The notes under the pieces are model-generated. The model made no database searches. It had not been told where the DNA came from and worked only from the letters and a program-made list of their open reading frames with translations. This document shows, piece after piece, positions 1 to 13,224 of a stretch of DNA of 64,000 nt (its first letter is position 1; each line of letters starts with the position of its first letter). Both the position numbers and the translations under genes were made by a program. The stretch is taken from contig CBFDEM010000055.1 of NCBI GenBank assembly GCA_965603825.1, positions 468,925 to 532,924 of the forward strand, given 5' to 3'. This DNA is from Blepharisma stoltei ATCC 30299 (taxonomy: Eukaryota > Protista > Ciliophora).

Positions 1-2
1 AT

Positions 3-167
3 GAAGAAATTTCCGATTTCCCTGAGTTTCCTCAGATTTCTCCGATCAGAAAGCCTCTAAAAGTATCATCCCCACTAAACCCTATCCCAGAATTTATTCC
101 TCAAGTAAAGCCAGACACTACAGATACCGCAATTCTTTCTTTGCTCAATAAGCTTGAATTGCTCTAA
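3..167 (+). CDS. 3' end of a protein-coding gene that starts upstream of the window (unknown product)
   Basis: Open frame from nt 3 (EEISDFPEFPQISPIRKP...LLNKLELL) ending in TAA at 165-167, followed by a short AT-rich spacer. Confidence 0.6.
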   Translation, partial: EEISDFPEFPQISPIRKPLKVSSPLNPIPEFIPQVKPDTTDTAILSLLNKLELL

Positions 168-215
168 CCTCCTATAAATATTTTAATTCAGCTTGATTAA
201 ATCTAATATTTTTTA

Positions 216-1136
216 ATGGAGACGCCAAAGATTTACATAATCGGTGGAGGTGCCCTCTTGCTTATCGGGATAATCCTCTTCGCTATGTCTTTCGACTCAA
301 TTGAGCCAACTGAATGGGGACTGTGCTATAACACCTGGACAAAAACAGTATACACGGACGAAATTTATGAAGGAGGCAGATATGTGATTGGCTTCCAAAA
401 CTCTTTTATAGCCTTCCCAAGGAATTTAAGGACTATTGAGTTCTCAGAGTCAAGTCATGCACAAGGAAGCTTACTTAAGACGAGGACTAAAGAAGGGCTT
501 TCACTTGGTCTTGAGCTATCTTTTCAATATGAGTTAATCAGAGGAAAAATACCAAAGCTCTATGAAATTTCTAATGTGAATTTTGAGCAGACTTTTATTA
601 GAATTGCGAGGGATACTATTTTGCAGGAAGCAGGGAATTATCAAGCCCCGGAGTATTGGAATAACAGGACTGAGATTGGAAAGAAAATGCAGGAAAAATT
701 AGATGAAGCATTGGTAAGTGCTTATGCACATTGCAGAAATTTACAACTGATGAAAATTATTTTACCTGACAGCTACGAAGAAAGCATTGTGGAGACTCAA
801 GTTGAGGTCCAAAAAACAACGATGAAAGGCTTTGAACAGCAAGCTGAAGTTGTCAGGCAAAAATCATTAGTCCTTCAGTCAGAATGTGACCAAAATATCA
901 CTATTATTGAGTCAAGCGCCAATGCTCAAGCTTATTTTCTAAAAGAACTTGCTAAATCAATCTCAAGCTCCAATACACTGTATATGCAGTCTTATGTCTA
1001 CTCGCAAGCTATTGACTTATTGCAGCTATCCCAAGAAGAGCTGAGTGAGTATTTATTCTTGAGATCAGTCAAAGATAAACCAGACGCTACAATTGTTGTG
1101 GGAATTGATAGTGCAATGATCCAAGTGAAAGGCTAA
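216..1136 (+). CDS. SPFH / band-7 (prohibitin/stomatin-like) membrane protein, 306 aa
   Basis: N-terminal hydrophobic anchor, then SPFH-type motifs (IEPTEWGLCYN, RTKEGLSLGLELSFQY, IILPDSYEESI) and a C-terminal coiled-coil region. Confidence 0.75.
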   Translation: METPKIYIIGGGALLLIGIILFAMSFDSIEPTEWGLCYNTWTKTVYTDEIYEGGRYVIGFQNSFIAFPRNLRTIEFSESSHAQGSLLKTRTKEGLSLGLELSFQYELIRGKIPKLYEISNVNFEQTFIRIARDTILQEAGNYQAPEYWNNRTEIGKKMQEKLDEALVSAYAHCRNLQLMKIILPDSYEESIVETQVEVQKTTMKGFEQQAEVVRQKSLVLQSECDQNITIIESSANAQAYFLKELAKSISSSNTLYMQSYVYSQAIDLLQLSQEELSEYLFLRSVKDKPDATIVVGIDSAMIQVKG

Positions 1137-1328
1137 ATCTTAACTTATTAGAGTCTTAATAGAAATTCTGAAGTATCAGAAATAATTTCTGAAGGTAACC
1201 TTAGAATATTTAGAGAATGCAAAATAATTATGTAGTCCGTAAATTATTTTAATTAAAATAAAATCGTCTTTATTCGGAATATGTGAAAAACTTTTAAAAA
1301 TTCTTAACTATATCATCATGGATATAGC

Positions 1329-4040
1329 TTAATTTTCCGAAGCTATGCAAAGCTGACCTTGATTCAGATAAAGCAATTCTAGTACTTGAGGAAGTCTTTC
1401 TTGCAGCATTTCTCTTTTTTTTACTTTCAAAATCTCAATCAGCTCATCAGGCTTGATTTTCAGACTTTTAGTCTCCTGAGGATTTACAGCTACAATAAGG
1501 ATTTCTTCTTTTCCGCCATAATCCAGCTCATAAATCTTGATAAAATAATAGCTATTTGATCTCAGCTTGCTTCTTCCTCTATAAAGAAGTCTCCTTCTCG
1601 CTTCTTCTCTTTCTTGTGCAGCCTTTAACACCACGAACCCATATTTTATCGTAACAAGCTCAATAAGCATTATTTGGTAAATTCCTACAAGCTCGTCAAG
1701 TTTCCACACAGAAAGCAGCTCACAAATTTCATTTTCTGAGTAGCAGCTGCATTTTGGCTTGGCAATGCCAGATACTAATGGAAAGGCATCTACAATTACA
1801 TTGGATTTGGTGAACTTGCCACCTTGAAGTCCGCCTAGCTGCTTTAAAGCTTTTTGGTGGAAACCATCCTGTGTAACTGTCACGAAATGCAAAACGCCGT
1901 CAATTTCTTTTTTTCCAAAAGCAATATACTCTTTTAGAAGCTGATTTTGGATTTTTCGGCCCTTATATCGTTTGTATTCTTTATATCGCCGTATAGCACT
2001 CTGGATCACTAAAAGAGCTTTAGTTATGTCTCCGCATCTTGGGGAGGAATTTCTAGGTTTTACGTTTTCTTCAGTTTTTTGATGGTGAACTTTAGATTCT
2101 TGCAGGACTTCTGAGGTGTCAGCAGTGCGAATTTCTGCTATATTCATCTGATAAGTTGCCTTTGACTTCATCGGAGTCGTATTTTGCGGCCTTGCTATAT
2201 TAGAAATTCCAACTTTTCTTTCTGAAATTCCTGTGCTTTCTCTTTCTAATGGAGACTGGCCATTGGAAATAAGATTGTGGATCGTAGCTTCTTTAGGGAT
2301 TAATGGGTCTTTTGTAGGAGAAACTGACCGCGGAGGGTTTGAAAACTTTTTTGTGCTTTTTTTGGACTGTTGAAAACTAGGAGTTTCATCTCTTGGCTTT
2401 GGAGTGGAGGCTAATGTTTTTTTCCTGGAATTTTTCCGAATTTTTCATGGACTTTGAGGCTCAGATTTTTGCTTTGAAGATTTCGGGGAATTTTTGCCTT
2501 TTTGAGGCTTTTTGTCTATGAATCCTGAGTTGTCAGTGTGTAAGCTGGATTGAGGGCTGTTTTGAGGTACTTCTTTAGTGACTTCATGGTTAGTTTGTAT
2601 AGAAATTTTGTGTATTAAACGTCTTGCTTTGAGAACTTCTTGACCATTTGGGAGATCAGTTATTTTTTCATTTTTATTAGAAACTTCTGGAGATGTATCT
2701 ATATTATTTTTGCTTTGAGTCTCATTTTTTGAGCTTACAACTGCAGGGTGATTTTCATTTGTATCAAATTCCTGATTATTCAATAATTTTTCGATTTTTA
2801 ATGTTCCAGACAATATTTCTTCTGGCTTTTCTATAGCTTTTGCTTCTTCTTTACTATAAATTTCAGTTTTATTGCCCTCTTCTTTTGCTTTTTCAAATTG
2901 AGTCATTATACTATGAGACGGTCTTGCTGATTTTAAGGTCTCTTCTTTTGAATGAGGTAATGGACTGATCGTCTCAATGCTATTTCTTCTTGCATGGTTA
3001 ATTTTTGGATCATTTAAGTACTTTAAAGCTGGATTTCCTTCATTTTTTGGCTTTATTGCTACTCCATTGTCTATTGGCATCAATAAATTTTTCTGCTGCT
3101 TATCAAGCTTTAAATTTTTTCTTATAAATGGATTTTCTTGTGGGACAAAATTATCTCTTATTAGCTTTTCAGGAGAATTTTTTATCAAAATCTCAGTTTT
3201 ATTTAAATTTGTAGGTTTCAGCCCAGGAAGTCTGACAGTTTTTAATGCATCCTTTTTTGCTTGTTTTTTTTTACTCCGAACTGATGATTTTTCTTCAGTT
3301 GTTCTTGTAGCAAGCTCTTCGTCAAATTGTGACTTAATAAAGGCTAAATATTGACAATTTGCTTCATTTATTTCATATTTCTCTTGCAGTTTTTTTATAT
3401 AGTTATATCACTCTTCTGCTTGGTCTGTAATATTTTGATGTAAAAATATCACACATAAAATGCTGGCTCCGTCGACTAAATACTGGACAATTTTGTTTTT
3501 ATTGTTAGTTTCAATATTTAGCAAATGCTCGGCGAGTGAAACTGATTTTTTAGCCTTTTTGATAGCTTTTTCGGTATTATCATTTTCAAGGTATAATGTG
3601 CATACTCTTAAATAAATTTCAGGGATTTTTACCCTGCAACTTGAGTTTTCCTTGGCAAGTGCTAAAGCCTCTTGGTAACATTTTTTCAATATTTCAAGCT
3701 TACCCTCACACTTAGCAACCTCCCCAATCAAAAGCTTTATTTCAATACTGATCTCTGGAGTCAATAAATTGTATTTTGTTAGAAATTCTATGAAATTTTC
3801 TGAAACTTTTGATGCTGCAGTAAGCTCAGAATTATCAATAAACGATTGAATAACCTCAATAACGCGAGATGTAAAGGCAGATATTTGACTTGAAGAACCG
3901 TAACTGATATACATAGAAACTTCGAGGGAGCCGAAATCTGTGGTAGAGTTCAGCTTTAAAAGCGTTTCTTCGATGTTTGCTTTGTCGATAGAGCCTGATA
4001 AGAGGTCAAGGATTGTTGATGAGATTTGAGAATCTGACAT
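1329..4040 (-). CDS. 903-aa protein with a helical-repeat (TPR-like) N-terminus, a low-complexity middle and an IQ-like motif
   Basis: Track ORFs 3408-4040, 2445-3188 and 1329-2171 share one frame and are separated by TGA codons (3408-3410, 2445-2447); the final stop is TAA. IQ-like segment LVIQSAIRRYKEYKRY. Confidence 0.75.
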
Positions 4041-4859
4041 TACTGCTAAATTGATTAAATATATATGGAAAATACTGAGGAATTATTTAATAGGTAGCTG
4101 AAAATGAGTTCATAGGCTAATTATGTGAATAAAAGATGAAAGTTATTATATTCTATATTAAAAAACGTCGAGGAAACTATTAGAATAAGCTACGGCAGTT
4201 ATATTTTAAGAAAAAAATGTTGCAATGCTTCAATTTTAAAGATAAAAGAATTATAAATTTCACTAAAATTTCAAATCTCTCATATTTCATAGGGAATTTT
4301 ATTATTTACTTTGATTCATAATACAAAACTAAATTTATTGTTGAAATAAAGCCGTTTTTTTAGAAGCAAATAAAGGAAATTGTAATTAGATGTTTATTGA
4401 AAATATATAATTTAGAAAAAGTAAAAATATCGATAAAAATCGGATTAGCTATTTTTTTTATTGAGAATCTATACTAATTATTCTAAAAATATGATAAGAA
4501 GTAAAATTATTTTTTCACCTTAGAAAACCTTCTAAAAGTATTGTAAACTTTCAATTAGATATCCATAATGTCCTGTGCAAAAATTATTCAAATAATCATT
4601 TGCAATTAAATTTTCTAATTATTTAAATAGCATAAGTTTAAAATGCATGAAGCAAACAAAAATGGTCTTTGCTAGAAATCATCTCTACCATATTAATTAA
4701 ATTCTAATTCTAGATAGCTAATAATCAAGCATATAATAATATGTTCCAATAGGATTAATTTATTTTTTTCCCAGAAATTTATTGTTTAATTTTGACTAAA
4801 TTTGTGTTAAGCTGTGAAAATAATTTCAGTATTGAAAATCATTTGGAATCATTAATAAA

Positions 4860-7800
4860 ATGTCTCTTATTAAAGCTTTAGAAGAAACTTTAAGATGTTG
4901 TCAACTCTCATGGTGAAAATTGATCCTGTTAATTTGTCTCCAGAATTTTTGTTATTCTTTAGAAGCTATTGTGGCTTATGAAAAAAATAACCCAATCTGA
5001 AGGCTAGATTTACTTTTGGATATATCCTCAGATTGAGATTCTCTCATAGAATGACACAATTGTGAATTTTTACAAATATCGACTTGCTTTGATTTTTATG
5101 AAAATTCTACTGTAATACTAGATTTAACAGATAGCATTGAAACTCAATTTTTTATTTCTAAATTATGCAAAGAAAGAGAAATCTCTCATTTGGTGTTTGA
5201 AAATAAGCTGGCTTATGCTGATCAGCTAACTTTCTCAATAACACCATCCTACTTAGAACAAATTAATGTCTTCATATCTGTCCTTAACTATTTTAATTGA
5301 ACTCAAGGTCTTATAGTTTATGATAGACTTGAAAATTCTCTAAAAGAAAAATTCGAAAAATATTCAGAAAATTTGAATTATTTGATTATTGAATCTGAGG
5401 CAAATATTGATGAGCTGGTAAATAGGATTATAGCTCCTCTCGGTACTACTCTTTATTACATTTTTATGAATTACACTGATTCATATAAATTGCAAAATGC
5501 TTTACTATCAGCTAAACTTTTAACCAGCGGCAATGGAATTGTTTTAGATCAAAAAAGCGGGTATGAATGTAGTATTGATGGGGCCTTGATTATTACAGAT
5601 AAAGGCCAAGAATTCGTCATTTCTGATGAAGATTATTTGAAATCATCAATAAAGAGCATAGTTTCTTATTTACTGAGTCACATAAGAACAGAAAGTAGCT
5701 CAGAAATATTTTTTCATCTAAATTCTCTCTTTAAAAGTCATTATGGCAATAGAAATTTTTCATTAATTAATACCCAAGAGGGGAAAAGAGAAATAATAGG
5801 AGAAATTATTGACGAAAAATTATTTTTATTCAAAAATATCACTTTTCCAGGCAATATATCAGAAATCCCGAAATCTCAGAAAAAAATTTTGCAGTTAAGC
5901 ATTGAAGCTGGCTCCACAAATCCTACAGGCCCAGCTCTTCCTATAGGATTAATCGGCGGATACGGCTCATATGCCGCTCGTGACATTATTAATAACGGAG
6001 ACTCTGATCTTCTCAATAATTTCCAAATTTCCCTTACAAATTTTGACTGTGGAGTATCAATTTATAATGCAACTTTTGCAAATACCTGTTATTCAAAAAA
6101 CAAAGAAAATTTCGGCCTAGGACACATCTCAGCCTGAGGGTCAGTCATGGCAATTGGATCAATGTCATCTTTTAAGCAGCTTAATTTAACATTCCCTATC
6201 GTCAGTGCTACCAATGGTGACACCACCTTAAGTTCCACCACAAATTTCCCTATGTATATGCGAGTCCAACTTTCCTATTCCTATGCATACTCTTTAGTCC
6301 CAATTTTTATCCGAGCTTTAGGATGGGAAAAAGTTGCAGTCCTTTACCAAAATGACACATGAGGACTATCAGGGTATTATTTTCTAATCCAAAGCATAAA
6401 AAGCCATGATCTCTCTTTAATCAACCCAGAAAGCAGCAGAGCTTTTCCACCAAATCTTGACAGAGATGGACTAAAAAAATACTCATATATTCTTCAAGAA
6501 ATTATTGACTGCCAAGCAAGGTTCTTAATTTTTATTTTTCAGTACCCATCAGCTTATTATATATTTGAAGAATTTTATGATTTAGGACTGAGAAAAGGAG
6601 ACTTGGTGTTTTTTACGACACTTACAGATTTAGTTACCCTAGCGGGGTATGATAATGTGCATAAATACAAAGTTTATGAAATTGCGATACCAATTATAAC
6701 GACCTATGGACAAAGCTGGGTTGGACCTTTAGGAACAAAAGCGTTAGCACATATTAATAAGGACTATGGAGGGATAATAAATTCATACAGCTGCTTTTAT
6801 TTTGATGCTTTATTTTTGATGGTTTATGCTTTAGATTATATGATAAATAGAGGGCTGGATTATTCTAACCCTTTTAAACTTCAAGAGATAATGAGAAATC
6901 AGCAGTTTTATGGGTGCACTGGACAAGTGATTATAGAAAAAGGGTCAAATGATAGGATTGTCCAAGTTTTTGAAATAATTCTTAATAAATTGGACGAAAA
7001 TGGAAATTTAGCTTATTATATTATGGGAGAGTTTCGGCCGCAAAGCACACAGCTTATAAAAATCCAAGAGCCTTTGCTATATGCAGATGGATCCACAGTA
7101 AAACCTACTGATTTAAGGAACAAAAATTATGAATGTCCTTTTCCTAACAGACTTGTAAAGACTTTTGCAAAAGGAAGAGCTTTGGTATTTGGGATTTGTT
7201 TTGGAATTGCAGGAATTTCGCTATTTATTACTATTTATATATGAAAAAGATGGTGGGAAATCTCTATAGAGCCTTTAGAAGCTAAAAAAGAAATCTCTTT
7301 ACAAGACTTTATTGTCGGCGCAACTATGTTTATTGAATTTTTCCAGTTTTCCTCTATGGGCCCTGATTTTTCGCCAATAAATTCTGCACTGGCCAGCGTA
7401 AGTGATACTCTTTCCCTAAGTCTGGACCATATTATTAAGCTCAAGAATGGAGTATTTTGAATTGTGGTTAATGCTGTATTCGGGTCTATTGGCTTATGAG
7501 TAATCCTATGCTCTGTAATTCTTCTTCGGCTTGACGAAAAATTCCCACACAATTTTATGCTCAGAAATCTGAACACCTTGGCTGATTATTTTATGCCAAT
7601 TTTAGGCGACCTATGCTTTATCCCATTTATTTCAGTCTGCCTTGACATTTTTTTATGTGACCAATCTATTGGAGATAATTTTACTGACAGTTTTCTTGCC
7701 CAAGACTGCTATTATTTTTGCTGGGAAGGTGAGCATTTAGCTTACGCAATTTTGTCGATTTTTGCTTTAATGGCTTATGAGCCTCTAGCTGTTTTTTGTA

Positions 7801-8297
7801 GACCTCTTTGACAAGAGCTTCAGCCTCTTTTGCATGTAAAAGCAGCTCCACTTTTTTTGATGGTAAAAACGATGGTTCAAATTACCTTAATTGTTATGAA
7901 TAAGACAGTCAAAAGAGCACAAAGCGCTCTTCATGGAGCTCTATTTATAACAGTGATGGTTTTATATATCATTTTTCTATGTAAATTCAAGCCTTATAAT
8001 TATGCAAGATACAGTTGATGGCAAACTTTGATTTTAATTGGAGTTGTATGACTTGCTTTTCTGTCGATAATTTCTCAGAATATTTGAGGCAATCCATTGA
8101 CTCTAACATTAATTTTGGGGTCAGGTTTGGTAATTATTGGATTAATTGGTATTTATATACAATATAAAAAATACCCAAGTCTATTGTTCCGTAAAAAGGG
8201 TCAAGATACATCTACTTTATTTAAATTTGCTTTTGCTTTTGGAAAAAATTCAAAAATTGCACTATCAAAAATTCATCCAAATATTGTCTCGAAGTAG
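4860..8297 (+). CDS. Receptor-array copy 1: signal peptide + 2 Venus-flytrap (ANF-receptor-like) domains + ~9 TM helices, 1145 aa
   Basis: ATG 4860 (MSLIKALEE...WWKLILLICL). All track fragments are in one frame joined by TGA; ends in TAG. VFT motifs FPIVSATNGD..LSS..NFPMYMRV, LGWEKVAVLYQNDTWG, FYGCTGQV.IEKGSNDR. Confidence 0.85.
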
Positions 8298-8869
8298 CTT
8301 GAAAAGTCTTTTATTGTTAATAATTTACTATCTTTATATATTATACATATATTCTGGCTTTCGAATTGCATTTCATTATTATAGTTATTCAAGAAATTAA
8401 GTAGTAATAAATTATTTATTTTGTGCTATATGAAATATTCTCATCTTCGTCCCTTAAACATTTTACTTCATTCTAAAAGATAGCATTAATGTGCAAATCT
8501 TCTCGACATACATAAGCATGTTTAAAGCTGCTTGGCCATATCATTTGCTTAATATCAAATAAATACTGACAAATTTTTATTAAATTTATTTTCTTTAATA
8601 GAGATTAATAAATGTTTAATTATTGTTGGATATCAATAGCATGTTAGAAAGACCCTGAAACAGAAACAAACTTCTTGCCAGAATTTTATTTTGCTCGGCT
8701 ATATTTGACCTATATTAGAATAAAATTTGCTAGTATTAGGAGGATTCAAAAATTGAGTATTACTTATTAACTAATACTTTAAATAAAAATTAGGTTTATA
8801 TTTAAATATAGAATATAATATAAAAAGCTTTCTCTTTATATAACTAATATTATCGGGACTTAATAAAAA

Positions 8870-11800
8870 ATGTCTCTCATTGAAAACTGTTCAATAAATT
8901 ATCGGACCATATGAAAATTGATATTCTTTATTTGTTTGCTGGATCGTTGCAAATGCTTAGAAATTATTGTGATTTATGAAAAAAGTAATATTGATTGAAA
9001 TTCACAACTGCTTATGAGTTCTCTGCCAGAGCCAAATTCTGTTGTTGAATTGCACAATTGTGAATTTTCAAATATTTCAGCTTGCTTTAATTATTATGAA
9101 AACTCTATTTTAGCGGTAGATTTAACAGAAAGCAGTAAAAGCCAATTTATTATTTCTCAAATATGCACAGTAAGGGAAATTCCTCACTTGGTGTTTGAGA
9201 ACAAACTCAGTTATTTTGATGAATGAACTTTCTCAGCTAAGCCTTCTTCACTAAGCCAGATTAATGCATTTATAGATGTTCTTATATATTTTGGATGGAC
9301 TCAAGGCCTCGTGATTTATGATGGATTTAAAAATACTCTAAGAGAAAACCTCGAAAAATATTCAGTAAATTTGAACTACTTGAATATTGAGCCTAAGGCA
9401 AACATTGAAGAAATAGTTAATAGAATTATAACCCCTCTTGGTGAGACTCTCTATTATATTTTTATGAATCCAACTGAGTCCTTAAAATTGCAAAATCTTT
9501 TGATGTCCACAAAACTTTTAACTTCTGGAAATGGAATTCTTTTGGACCAGAAAAGCGGATACCAGTGTATAGTTGAGGGTGCCTTAATTATTACTGAAAA
9601 ACCTCAAGAACTCATCTCTTCAGAAGAAAATTATAGAATATCAGCAATCGGAAGTGTAATCTCTTCCTTGCTAAAGTCCATTAAATCAGAAAATGCTTAC
9701 GAAATGCTATACCATCTAAACTTGCTGTCAAAAAACCATTATATTTTCAGAAATTTTTCCTTAATTAACATACAAAATGGTGAAAGAGTAATTGTTGGAG
9801 AAATCATTGATGGAAATTTATCCTTATTTAGCGATATAAATTTCTCAGGTAACTCTACAGATATCCCAAACTCAGCCCAAAAAATTTTGCATCTTAGCAT
9901 TGAAGCTGGCTCTACAAATCCTACAGGCCCACCAATTACTGTTGGATTAGTTGGAGGATATGGCTCATATGCTGCAATAGACGTCATAAATGAAGGCAAT
10001 ATAGATCTCCTCAATAATTTTCAAGTCGAGATGTTTAATTTTGACTGTGGAACCTCAATTTATAACTCCGCATTTGCTAATTCCTGCTATTTAAAAGATA
10101 AAGATAAATTTGGCCTGGGACATGTATCAGCGTGGTCTTCAGTTATGGCAATTGGGTCAATGAAATCTTTTAAAGAGCTTAATTTAACATTTCCTATTGT
10201 AAGTGCTACAAATGGAGACATTACCTTAAATTCAACAGCAGATTATCCAATGTATATGAGAGTTCAGCCTTCTTTTTCTTTTGAATACTCTTTAATTTCA
10301 ATTTTTATCCGCGCTTTAGGGTGAAAACAAATTGCAGTTCTTTATCAAAATGATTCTTGAGGACTATCAGGGTATCTTTATTTTTTAGAAGGAATTAAAA
10401 ATCATGATATCTCTATAATAAACCCAGAAAATAAAAGAGTTATTGCACCAGATCTTGACCGTGATGAAGTAAAGGAGTATTCAGGAGTTCTCCAACAACT
10501 GATAGATTGCCAGGCGCGATTTTTGGTTTCTATTTTACATTTTCCTACCGCTTACTATATATTTGAAGAACTCTACGATTTAGGACTGAGAAAAGGTGAC
10601 CTCGTCATTTTCACGACTGTAACTGATTTGGCTACTTTTGAAGCATATGATGATAAATATTTATACAAATTAAATGAAATTGCTGTACCTATGATTTCTA
10701 TATATGGGCAAAGCTGAGTCGGATCATTAGGGAAAAAAGCCTTAGATAGAATTTCTGAAGCTTATGGAGGATCAATAAACTCGTATAGCTGCTTTTATTT
10801 TGATTCAGTATTTTTAATTGCTTATGCGCTGGATTTTATGATTAATAGAGGATTAGACTATACTGATCCTAATAAGCTACAAAAAATTATGAGAAATATC
10901 CAATTTTATGGGTGTACTGGAAAAGTTAATATAGAAAAAGGGTCAAATGATAGGATTTTGCAGATATTTGAGATTATAGTAAATAAGCTTGATGCAAGTG
11001 ATAATATTACAACGTATATTATGGGCCAGTTTAAGCCTCAAAGTACACAATTGATAAATATCCAAGAACCATTAGAATATTCTAATGGTTCAACTACAAA
11101 GCCATCAGATTTAAGGACTAGTAGTAGCCAATGCCCTTTTCCTGATAAGCTTATAAAAACATTTGCTAAAGGTAGAATCCTAGTGTTTGGGATCTGCTTT
11201 GCCGTTGCCTTGATATCCTTTGCTATTACATTTTATATATGGAAAAAATGATGGAAATTTTCAATTGAGCCATTAACAGTAAGAGAAGAAATCTGCTTGC
11301 AAGACATTATTGTAGCTGTGACCATTATTATTGAATTTTTTCAACTTTCTTCAATGGGACCAGATTTTTCACCTATTAACTCTACACTGGCTGGAATTAG
11401 TAATTTTTTTTCGCTGAGCTTAGACAATATATTGAAATTAAGAAATGGAGTATTTTGAATTATTGTCAATGCTGTTTTCGGATCAATTGGGTTATGGGTA
11501 TTTCTGTGCTCAGTTGTGCTTCTTAGACTTGATGAAAAATTTCCTATGAGCTTTATTTTCAGAAATTTAGGTACTTTAGCAGAGTATTTGATGCCTGTTT
11601 TAGGCGATCTTTGTTTTATTCCCTTTATTTCAATTTGCCTTGATATTTTTTTATGTGATCAGTCGATTGGAGATAATTTTACTGACAGTTTTTTAGCAGC
11701 AGACTGCTATTATTTTTGTTGGAAAGATGAACATTTATTTTATGCAATTTTTTCTGTTATTGCTTTAATAGCTTATGAGCCCCTTGCAGTTTTTGGTAGG

Positions 11801-12343
11801 CCTCTTTGGCAAGAGCTGCAGCCCATTTTGCATGTAAAAGCAGTTCCACTATTTTTGATGGTAAAAACAATGATCCAAATTATATTAATTGTGATGAACA
11901 AGACAGTAAAAAGGGCCCAAAACCTCCTTCACGGAGCTCTTTTTATATTTGTGATGATCATATATATAGCTTTTCTTTATAAGTTCAAGCCTTTTAATTA
12001 TCAAAGATACAGTTGATGGCAAACTTTAGTCTCAGTTGGAGTTGTGTGGCTTGCTTTGATTTCAGTAATTGAGCAAAGTTCTGGAGTTAATCCTATATTT
12101 TTACTATCAGTTTTATGCTTTGGATTCTTAATCATTGGACTGCTAGGAGTATATGTTCAAAGAAAAAAATACCCTAGCCTTCTTTTTAGGAAAAAGGGTC
12201 AAGATACATCTAATTTATTTAAATTTGCCTTTACTTTTGGTAGGCATTCAAAAGCAGCTTTATCAAAAATTGTACCGAGTAGTTTACCAACGTCAGCAAG
12301 AAAATCACTTTCAGCGAGAAAAATTGAAAATCCTAGCCCTTAA
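8870..12343 (+). CDS. Receptor-array copy 2, 1157 aa
   Basis: ATG 8870 (MSLIENC), single frame with TGA=Trp, TAA stop, collinear with copy 1. Confidence 0.85.
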
Positions 12344-13224
12344 GCTATTTTAAAATTAAATATGCACGCTGGAATTTTTTAATGTAAATAATCGGCTCTT
12401 TTTGAGCAAAGAGATATCTGCTTTATATAATCACATTTAAATTTATTGATAGATGCTCATCATAATAAATATGTGCTCGAGGTTTAATCCATATAGAGCA
12501 GCGCTCTATAGCCCAGAATAAATTTTAAGCTTGTAATTAGAGTCTATTCACTTTTAAATAATAGTTGCTATTATACAAAATCATAACTTGCATGAATATG
12601 CCATGATTGTTTAAGATTTAATAGACTGCATCAAAACTCAGTTATTATCTGCTATGCAAGGGCACTTACAAAGTAAACTCATCATTCTGAGTAGTTTACC
12701 ATTATCAGCTGAAAATTTTAAACTAAGTCCTTGCTCTTCAGCAAGCATAGCTCAGCATTTCTGAAAAAGCAAGCTTCATATAGAATAAGTCTGTATTAAT
12801 TTTTGATAATTTTCTATCAGGATTCAATAAAAAGTATTAATTTGAAAATACAATTTACGGTAGTCATTTAATATAGAGCGAATATTACTATTAATAAATT
12901 TCAGAGCTGATAACTTTGCCTAATATTCTACTTTTAAATTTTAGAATTCAAATTCTTAGATTAAGCTTAAACTCCATAACATAATGAAAATTTTCCATAT
13001 AGCATTGTCCCGGGCTTAGCAATGAATAATTTCATTAATTTCTTAAAAGAATAATATATTAAGAAGATAAATGCGTAAAATAAATTTATTCGCCTTCTAA
13101 TATTAGTTTAAATATTTAATAGCGTCTCTTTTCAAATTATTAAATTTGCTTACAAGAAAAGTAATGAATGCTCACAATAAATTTATTCACCTTCTAATAA
13201 AACATAAAGTAATTTACCTCTATA

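Noticed and set aside
2977-3354. Plus-strand 125-aa ORF, and the recurrent antisense ORFs in the array and kinesin (e.g. 9739-10014, 30457-30741, 58781-59191)
   Set aside because: Shadows of real genes on the opposite strand; their recurrence only reflects paralogy
12660-12735. Possible relic of the copy 2 tail (gagtagtttacc...tcagc)
   Set aside because: The match is too short to support confidently
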